DNA of 64,000 bases. It comes from an uncultured Patescibacteria group bacterium. Lineage in GTDB: Bacteria; Patescibacteriota; Microgenomatia; UBA1400; PJMF01. The stretch lies in NCBI GenBank assembly GCA_905478415.1, contig CAJQIG010000004.1, forward strand, positions 203,523-267,522. Reading direction: 5' to 3'. Made by a program: the position numbers and the translations under genes. Under the pieces are notes generated by a model. It was not told the origin of the DNA. It saw only the letters and a program-made list of their open reading frames with translations, and searched no databases. Below are positions 57,611 through 64,000 of the stretch, one piece after another (within the stretch, counting starts at the first letter, position 1; each line of letters starts with the position of its first letter).

Positions 57611-57635
57611 AGCGCCCGGCAGGATGCCGAGCGCT
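57611..57635 (-). terminator. Terminator hairpin downstream of rpsO (repeat copy 2)
   Basis: Identical 25-nt AGCGCCCGGCAGGATGCCGAGCGCT hairpin, followed on the minus strand by a UUUUAGUACU U-tract. Confidence 0.55.
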
Positions 57636-57666
57636 GTTCATTGTAAATACACTTTTTTACTGCAAA

Positions 57667-57936
57667 TTATTTTGTCAGTTCCAAGCGATCAATAAGTTTT
57701 CGATATCTCTCTTCACTTCGACTGAGCAAGAAGTTGAGGAGACGACGTCTCTTGGCAACTTGCTTTAAGAGACCGCGACGTGAGTGATCATCTTTCTTAT
57801 GTGAAGCTAAGTGTGAGGTCAACTCTTGAACTGAAGCAGTCAATAAAGCCACCTGTACTTCAGGAGAACCAGTATCACCTTCGAAAAGTTGATAGTCCTT
57901 AATAACTTGAATTTTTTGAGCTTTTGACAAAGCCAT
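57667..57936 (-). CDS. rpsO: 30S ribosomal protein S15
   Basis: ATG at 57936 gives [60 protein letters not shown].., 89 aa. The track ORF extends further upstream in the same frame but is not conserved. Confidence 0.85.
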   Translation of the reverse strand: MALSKAQKIQVIKDYQLFEGDTGSPEVQVALLTASVQELTSHLASHKKDDHSRRGLLKQVAKRRRLLNFLLSRSEERYRKLIDRLELTK

Positions 57937-58074
57937 GGTATTCCTTTCTTCCCTTGCAAAGCGAGTCTTTAGTGAGCAACTGCTCAAACCAGCTAGGCAA
58001 AGTAACCGTTTATTTTGTACTTCCCTTGTTAGGGAGATCATAGTATATCATATATAAGAAGATTTTAACCTACC

Positions 58075-60279
58075 TCAAACTAATTCAGACAAAACATGCT
58101 GTATAAATACGCGCATTTCTTCAGGTTGTGTATACCTACCAAACCCTATGCGCAAACAGGACAGTCTATCATCACCCCATGGAATCGTAAAATGGGTTAT
58201 TCGTGTTGTATTAAGACCAAAACTATCACCTTTATCAAATTTACCGCCCATACCATCTTTATGCATTCTAAAAAATGATCCAAGAGCAACTCGAAACTTT
58301 TCACCGTTGAAATACTCTTTATACCAAGCTTTTTCTTTAAGTTCTAAAATATTTTTTGGAGGAAGCATAAACCCAAACATGCCATATGGTTGCCATTGCC
58401 ATCTTTCTTCAGGTGGCAGATGTCGTTGTTCATTCTCAATCTCTTCAGTAATAACCTGTTGTAAAACCCCAAACTGCTGACGCTGCTCAACCACTTCACT
58501 ATAACGAAGTAGCGGGACCTGAGTGAGCGAGTAAACTGGCAGATTTCCCATAGCTCTATTTCGCGCAGCTTCGACACGTTCTGAAGGCAGTGAAGCATTC
58601 CACACAGAGACCACTCCTAAAAACTCACTGCGCCCACCTCTTTGGTGTTTGGTGATGCTCGCCGATTCAATGAGAAGCAAGTTTTGAGGCAACTGAGCTC
58701 TATCAATGTATTTATTTTCAAGAAGATCATTTGTCTTATCAACAATGAGCATAAACTTTTCATCTGGATGCTCCTGGACTGATTGCAAAAAACGAGCAAG
58801 GTTGCTGCTACGATCTTCATAAAAGCTCTCAGCTCCATTTTTTTGTGGAGGATTTGGTTCTATACTGAGCAAAAATACGCGTGCGTCAGCTACTTCAACA
58901 GGTTCCCAATCTTGGTGTGGTTTTGATTCAAAATACCAGCCCTCATTTTTAAAGTAGGTCACCTGGACTGGATCAGACTCTAATACTTCTGAAACTAACT
59001 GCAAAGCTGTAGCATTTGCGGACGTACCACTTCGGGTCATGTACACATCTGGCTCAGTCGAACCTTCCCTAAAAAGATCTGTATAGTTATGTGTAACTTT
59101 TGCACTCAGAGCATCTACAAACCTTTGTTTTTCCAAAGGATCTGCCATAACAAATCGATTCAGATACACCAAAGTCTTACGGAGTTGCTGGCGCTTCCAT
59201 GGCTCATCAAATGCATACTTTTTGTCTTTCAACAGCGAAAATAAAAACTCTTGAGGAGGTAGCGAAAAATCCAACTGCTCACTCTTATCTTGTGCTCTTG
59301 TGTGAGGATTAGGCTCTGGATTATTTCTCTTGGCCTTCTGAAACAGCTGCTCATTGTAGTCTCGCATTTCAGTAGCTACTTGCTGGGTATTTTTCTGATC
59401 TTGGTTTGCTTCTGAGGTTGTATAGTCTTGTTGTAACACCGTCTGCTGAATAATTGGCGCTGACACACCAGCTAAAGAAGTAGTGATACCATTTATTTCT
59501 ATACTACTGGGCAAAAACACCTGAAAGTCAGTGTTAGCGACACAATGCACATAGGAACACTCTTCAGACATATCTGCCCGTAAATAGAGCCTTACAATTT
59601 TATTTTTACGAGTTCGGCTATCGGTTCCCATAGAGTGTGCTTCAGCATACGCTTTAAACTTTTTTGCACATTCGATAACATCCGAAAAAGCACTAAATGG
59701 TGATTCCCAAAGGCAATGTATATACACAAACTGATCGTCATCAGAATCAGCTGCCTCAAAGAGTTTTCTTATCTCCTTAAAAGAGGAAACACGGGTTGCC
59801 TCTTTTGTCTCAAGTTCACTAAAGTAGGCAGTTACATCAAGGGGATGCAAAAATTGATTTGAGTAGACATCTCGCATTGGTGTCTGAATTGTAGTCATTT
59901 CTGACCGTGAGTAGGCTGAACTTCCGTCACTGGAACTTTGACCAAAGTAGGTTCTGCCACTAATTGAATCAAATTGATTTAGAGCAGTCATTTCTGCCGT
60001 TAATGCGATTGCTTCATCAATACTTTTCGAAGGGAAAGCGGTGGATGAATCCAGCATCGAAGTCAGATACTCAAGCCAAATGTAGTAGAGTTCTAGCCAT
60101 TTTGCTAGAGTGCTCTCATCTGAATAGGCATATGCCTCAAAGTTAAACATCAACTTCCTGAGGTAATATGCTGTTGTTGCTAACTTTTGAGCATCAGAAC
60201 TCGTGACTCTTTCTTCATGAATCTCCGCTTCGGTAGGTGGAATACCCAGAGTAGCATCTGCTAACAACTCTTTTATCAT
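58075..60279 (-). CDS. Large hypothetical protein with C-terminal PLP-dependent (Cys/Met-metabolism-like) fold
   Basis: 734 aa. The C-terminal half contains TRSGTSANATALQ and SASITKHQRGGRSEFLGVV, which resembles the S-x-T-K-x-x-x-G-H-S-D PLP-lysine region of the CGS/CBL family. The N-terminal roughly 400 aa are unrecognised. Confidence 0.3.
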   Translation of the reverse strand: MIKELLADATLGIPPTEAEIHEERVTSSDAQKLATTAYYLRKLMFNFEAYAYSDESTLAKWLELYYIWLEYLTSMLDSSTAFPSKSIDEAIALTAEMTALNQFDSISGRTYFGQSSSDGSSAYSRSEMTTIQTPMRDVYSNQFLHPLDVTAYFSELETKEATRVSSFKEIRKLFEAADSDDDQFVYIHCLWESPFSAFSDVIECAKKFKAYAEAHSMGTDSRTRKNKIVRLYLRADMSEECSYVHCVANTDFQVFLPSSIEINGITTSLAGVSAPIIQQTVLQQDYTTSEANQDQKNTQQVATEMRDYNEQLFQKAKRNNPEPNPHTRAQDKSEQLDFSLPPQEFLFSLLKDKKYAFDEPWKRQQLRKTLVYLNRFVMADPLEKQRFVDALSAKVTHNYTDLFREGSTEPDVYMTRSGTSANATALQLVSEVLESDPVQVTYFKNEGWYFESKPHQDWEPVEVADARVFLLSIEPNPPQKNGAESFYEDRSSNLARFLQSVQEHPDEKFMLIVDKTNDLLENKYIDRAQLPQNLLLIESASITKHQRGGRSEFLGVVSVWNASLPSERVEAARNRAMGNLPVYSLTQVPLLRYSEVVEQRQQFGVLQQVITEEIENEQRHLPPEERWQWQPYGMFGFMLPPKNILELKEKAWYKEYFNGEKFRVALGSFFRMHKDGMGGKFDKGDSFGLNTTRITHFTIPWGDDRLSCLRIGFGRYTQPEEMRVFIQHVLSELV

Positions 60280-60318
60280 ACCTACAGTATAGGTTACTTT
60301 GAAAAAAAATGAGAGAGT

Positions 60319-61791
60319 CTAGTCTTCTTCAACGGTGTATGCAATCAGCATGTCGCCGACTTGAAAATCAAGTTTCTTTTGATGAAAAGTACAACCAAAC
60401 TCACTCTTGGCTTTGACTGAGTCGATCTCTTCTTTGCCATGCAACATAGACTTAATTTTTGGATCTGCGATAATTTCATCACCACGTTTCAGATGCAAAA
60501 GGTCGCGTTTTTTGAGTTCACCAGTTTTAACACGACAACCAGCAATGCGCTCACCCCTCATCTCAAAAATCTGTAAGATTTCGATTTCACCATGTACAAC
60601 TTCGTCAATGGTAGGCTCGAGCAGCTTGAGCTGTTGTTTTTGTAAGTCTTCGATTAATTTGTAAATAATTTTATATTCTCTAATCTTGACACCTTCTTTT
60701 TTGGCAAGGCGAATAAGTTTGTTTGGAACTTTCAGGTGAAATGCGATCAAGAGTGATTTACTAGCTTTTGCCATTTCGATATCACGTTCAGTGACGGTAC
60801 CCACTCCAAAATCAATGACAGCACTACTTTCATCATCAATAGTCTGCATAATGGCTTCGAGTGTTCCTTCGGTGTCTGCTTTAATGAGTAAATTGAGTTT
60901 TGGCTTTTCCTCAAAGTCAAGATCTGCCCACATATCTGCTTCTTCAGCTTCGACCGCTACTTCAGGTTCATCCGCAGTTTCAAGTACTTCTTCCTGAGCA
61001 TACTCAGCTGAGTGATCTCGCACCATTGAGCCCACTGTTGGCACGTCTTTAAACCCAATAATTTCGGCAGGATAACCTGGCTTTACATCGGTTAACTGTT
61101 CACCTTGTTCATTAGTCAATAACTTAACTCGGCCTTCTGCAGAGTCAGTATAGATATCTGTTCGAACAGATAGTGTCCCTTGTTGCACAATCACCGTTGC
61201 CATCGTTCCACGACGAGCATCTTTTGAAGATTCAACTACTACTGCTTCCAGTGGTGCTTGATCATCAGTGCTGAGATCAAGAATATCAGCCATTAAAATA
61301 ATCGTTTCGAGCAACTTGTCTACGCCGGTACCCTTGAGAGCTGAGATTTCGACAGTTTCAACATCTCCACCATACTCACTGACAACAATATCATGCTCAG
61401 CCAGTTGCGACTTAGCAATATCAGGGTTCACATCTGGTAAATCCATCTTATTTACGGCTACAATCACCGGTACATTACTCTTTTTGATGTGACGAATGGA
61501 CTCAATGGTTTGAGGTTTCACCCCGTCATTAGCTGCCACTACTAAAATCACCAGATCGGTAATCTGTGAACCGCGCTCACGCATTTTATTAAAAGCAGCG
61601 TGTCCTGGAGTATCGATAAATGTTAATGGCGTTCCCTTATAATTGATGTTGTAGGCACCAATGTGTTGAGTTATACCACCGGCTTCACGAGCGGTCACAT
61701 TCGTATGACGAATGTAATCAAGCAGCGTTGTTTTACCATGATCAACATGACCCATGATAGTAATAACTGGTGGACGTTTCTGTTGTGCCAT
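60319..61791 (-). CDS. infB: Translation initiation factor IF-2 (short form, G-domain onward)
   Basis: G1 GHVDHGKTTLLD, G3 DTPGH, G4 NKMD, and C-terminal beta-barrel domains. 490 aa, with no long N-terminal extension. Confidence 0.85.
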   Translation of the reverse strand: MAQQKRPPVITIMGHVDHGKTTLLDYIRHTNVTAREAGGITQHIGAYNINYKGTPLTFIDTPGHAAFNKMRERGSQITDLVILVVAANDGVKPQTIESIRHIKKSNVPVIVAVNKMDLPDVNPDIAKSQLAEHDIVVSEYGGDVETVEISALKGTGVDKLLETIILMADILDLSTDDQAPLEAVVVESSKDARRGTMATVIVQQGTLSVRTDIYTDSAEGRVKLLTNEQGEQLTDVKPGYPAEIIGFKDVPTVGSMVRDHSAEYAQEEVLETADEPEVAVEAEEADMWADLDFEEKPKLNLLIKADTEGTLEAIMQTIDDESSAVIDFGVGTVTERDIEMAKASKSLLIAFHLKVPNKLIRLAKKEGVKIREYKIIYKLIEDLQKQQLKLLEPTIDEVVHGEIEILQIFEMRGERIAGCRVKTGELKKRDLLHLKRGDEIIADPKIKSMLHGKEEIDSVKAKSEFGCTFHQKKLDFQVGDMLIAYTVEED

Positions 61792-61825
61792 AGTTCTCTT
61801 TTTCCTTTGTATCTCCGAAACTCAC

Positions 61826-63118
61826 TTATTCAGTTGGAGTATCGAGCTTAAAGTTATTTCTTTTTAGTAAACTTACTTCTTCATCTGCAGCTTCATATTC
61901 TTCAACACGAGTCATTAGGAGAGCCACCTGATCTTCTTCGAGCTCTGTACTCTCAACCCATTTGTTCTTAAATCGAGATAAGTCACCAACAGTGGTGAGT
62001 TTGTTATCAACGAGGAAAGACCTCGTTTCGTCAGTGATGTTATCAAAGGTATCAATTTCATACTCTTCTTCACCAGTCACAGCAGACTCAACTTTTCCAT
62101 CGGCAGATTTAATGGTAATTTTGAAGTTGGTCAGCTTAGCGGCTAAACGAACATTCTGTCCACCTCGACCAATAGCCAATGAAAGCTGATCATCGGGAGC
62201 AGTAACTTCAACCAATCCTTCTTCTTCCATAATGTTAATCTGCAAACCTTCAGCCGGAGCCAAAGCACCTTGTAAAAGAATCATCGGATTATCTGACCAA
62301 GGAATAATATCAAGTTTTTCATTATTCAGTTCTCGAATAACTTCTTGGACACGAACACCTCGTTGTCCGACACATGAACCAACTGGATCAACACCATCTT
62401 GGGTTGATCTGACAGCTAGCTTGGTGCGAACACCAGCTTCACGGGCAATAAGCGCAACTTCGACAGCCCCCGTTTGGACTTCTGGAACTTCACGCTCAAA
62501 CAGTTTGATAACTAAATCTTGGCTTGCACGAGAAACGATAATAGCTTGACCTCGGTGGGTTTCGCGAATCTCTTTGATTAAAACGGTAATTCGAGTATTC
62601 ACTTTGTAAAATTCACCGCGCATCTGTTCTTCTGGAGGCATGACACCTTGCCCACGGCCAAGATCCAAAATAACTTGTCGTCCATCCATTCTCAGAATCT
62701 GAGCAGTGATAATTTCTCCCATACGATCTTCGTACTCAGAGAGAATTTGATCTTTTTCAGATTCGCGAATTTTCTGTAAAATAACTTGCTTAGCAGTTTG
62801 GGCAGCAATGCGACCAAATCCAGCTGGAGTTACATCCTCTGGTTTTGAGTCATCCCACTCTAAAATTTCGGCAGTTTCTTCATCGATCTTTGTAACTGGG
62901 CATTTGAAAATCTTAGATTCACCAGTGTCTTCATTGAGATCAACGAAGTAGTACGAAGGTGCTTCTTCTTCATCAACAAACTGTTTACGGTACGCAGAGA
63001 CTAACGCCTGTTTAATGGCATTATAAATTGAGTCAGTGCTAATTTTTCTCTCATTCGCAATTTGCGTAATGGCAGCTGCGAACTCGGTACGAACAACTCG
63101 GCTATTGGCGTTTTGCAT
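61826..63118 (-). CDS. nusA: Transcription termination/antitermination factor NusA
   Basis: N-terminal NusA domain, S1 (..GEIITAQILRMDGRQVILDLG..), and two KH domains (GxxG: IGRGGQNVR). Confidence 0.85.
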   Translation of the reverse strand: MQNANSRVVRTEFAAAITQIANERKISTDSIYNAIKQALVSAYRKQFVDEEEAPSYYFVDLNEDTGESKIFKCPVTKIDEETAEILEWDDSKPEDVTPAGFGRIAAQTAKQVILQKIRESEKDQILSEYEDRMGEIITAQILRMDGRQVILDLGRGQGVMPPEEQMRGEFYKVNTRITVLIKEIRETHRGQAIIVSRASQDLVIKLFEREVPEVQTGAVEVALIAREAGVRTKLAVRSTQDGVDPVGSCVGQRGVRVQEVIRELNNEKLDIIPWSDNPMILLQGALAPAEGLQINIMEEEGLVEVTAPDDQLSLAIGRGGQNVRLAAKLTNFKITIKSADGKVESAVTGEEEYEIDTFDNITDETRSFLVDNKLTTVGDLSRFKNKWVESTELEEDQVALLMTRVEEYEAADEEVSLLKRNNFKLDTPTE

Positions 63119-63270
63119 ACAGATCCTTTTTTATTTCTGATTTTCTAACTAGTCTTACTATCGATACGAAAAAGAGCGCAGTCTCCTGAGCCCTCCCTTC
63201 ATACCAGATATTATTATACCAAAAAACGCAGTTTCTTCAAGAGAGAAACAATAAAACTACTCTACCATCA

Positions 63271-64000
63271 TTAGAGCGAAAATGAGACATCCTTTACTTT
63301 TTGATAGACAGCTTCATCTCCATAGTCAAATTTGCTAGGGGTAATCGAAATATACCCATTATTCATGGCACCAACATCAGTTGTAAGAGGTAACGACTTT
63401 TTCATAATCCGATCACCTTGATACCTAAAATGACCTGATGATTCTTTTGAAGCATCAATTTCCTTGTCTAAGGCATAAATATCTGCTAACTGTGAAATAT
63501 ATTGAGTCATCAATACTTTAGTTGCCGGCTTTTCTGGAAAGTTTATATTTAAAAATGATGCACCCCAAAAATCGTTTTCTAAAGCTTTTTCAAGTAATGG
63601 CAGTATCTGGGCTGTTGGATACTCTAGATAGTTGGCTAAGTCATCCTTACCAGAATGTTTCATGGTGAAAAATTTTGCTGGTAAATCCCAGCTGAAGGCA
63701 ATCGCTTTATCTGTCATGCCCCCCATCAAGCATCGAATAGCTCCACCCACGGTTCCAGAAGACGCTACTCCTGCCCCTAAGTTTCCTCCCCAGTTAACGC
63801 CTGAAATTACCAAATCGAATGATTCTTTAAAATACACCCGCGAAAACTCAATAGCATCAGCCGGAGTGCCATCAACCCAAACAGCAGGAACTCCATCTAC
63901 CATATCAGTTCCCCACTCAAACCCAGAATGAATATTAATTTTGCTTCCCACACCAGATTGTTGCTGCAGGGTCCCAGCAATTTGCAAGTTATATACATCT
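63271..64000 (-). CDS. surE: 5'/3'-nucleotidase SurE; N-terminus beyond the window end
   Basis: SGVNWGGNLGAGVASSGTVGGAIRCLMGG matches the SurE core SG[IV]N.G.N.G.....SGTV.AA.EG. The frame is open through position 64000. The track start at 63987 is a TTG and not a real start. Confidence 0.6.
   Translation of the reverse strand, partial: DVYNLQIAGTLQQQSGVGSKINIHSGFEWGTDMVDGVPAVWVDGTPADAIEFSRVYFKESFDLVISGVNWGGNLGAGVASSGTVGGAIRCLMGGMTDKAIAFSWDLPAKFFTMKHSGKDDLANYLEYPTAQILPLLEKALENDFWGASFLNINFPEKPATKVLMTQYISQLADIYALDKEIDASKESSGHFRYQGDRIMKKSLPLTTDVGAMNNGYISITPSKFDYGDEAVYQKVKDVSFSL

Noticed and set aside
57937-58041. N-terminal extension of the rpsO ORF ([14 protein letters not shown]...)
   Set aside because: The S15 homology begins exactly at the internal ATG (MALSKAQK). 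The upstream part is unconserved and would overlap the promoter region.
63271-63987. Track start of the surE ORF at 63987
   Set aside because: The codon there is TTG, and the frame stays open to the window edge. The SurE N-terminal motifs are missing, so the gene continues beyond 64000.
1-64000. Possibility of an alternative genetic code (UGA=Gly or Trp, as in some CPR lineages)
   Set aside because: Conserved genes (sodA, sufC, rpiB, nusA, pnp) have normal lengths and end at their expected C-termini with ordinary stops, so code 11 fits.
1-64000. CRISPR arrays or tandem DNA repeats
   Set aside because: No regularly spaced direct repeats were seen. The repetitiveness in the 15.8-21.3 kb region is at the amino-acid level only.

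Overview
This 64 kb window is low-GC (about 40%), densely coded, and uses the standard genetic code. It looks like a streamlined monoderm genome, possibly a Candidate Phyla Radiation or Patescibacteria-like lineage; that is an inference from gene content and style, not a database hit.

From about 26 kb to 64 kb there is a long run of minus-strand housekeeping genes. These include ftsK, RNase J, uracil-DNA glycosylase, pentose-phosphate enzymes, a suf Fe-S operon (sufC, sufB with an intein, a short sufD, sufS, sufU), SOD, and the nusA, infB, rpsO and pnp neighbourhood.

The first 10 kb carries glycosyl- and methyltransferases, a Dus, tRNA-Val, a TMTC/PMT-like TPR glycosyltransferase, ComF, and two translationally coupled ATP-grasp ligases. 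These are followed by an unannotated tmRNA (ssrA) with its own intrinsic terminator.

The most unusual part is a roughly 14 kb accessory locus at 10.4-24.1 kb. It encodes only secreted or membrane-anchored proteins. There is a paralogous family with a shared N-terminal domain and a shared C-terminal DYTDT[LI]TI motif. Two proteins have a signal peptide plus a C-terminal anchor and carry DUF916/DUF3324-like sequence signatures. Two are giant Thr/Gly-rich beta-helix-like proteins. One is a 952-aa chimeric polytopic protein, and a LytR_C protein sits next to it.

I interpret this locus as a candidate, previously undescribed cell-surface complex, fibre or S-layer-like system, possibly a very distant analogue of the Gram-positive WxL/Csc clusters.

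Other notable items are a SufB intein with a LAGLIDADG endonuclease, a Lon-like AAA+ module with no protease domain, an RGG-rich tail on PNPase, a 25-nt hairpin reused as terminator after both rpsO and pnp, and a small LPXTG protein with no sortase in the window.
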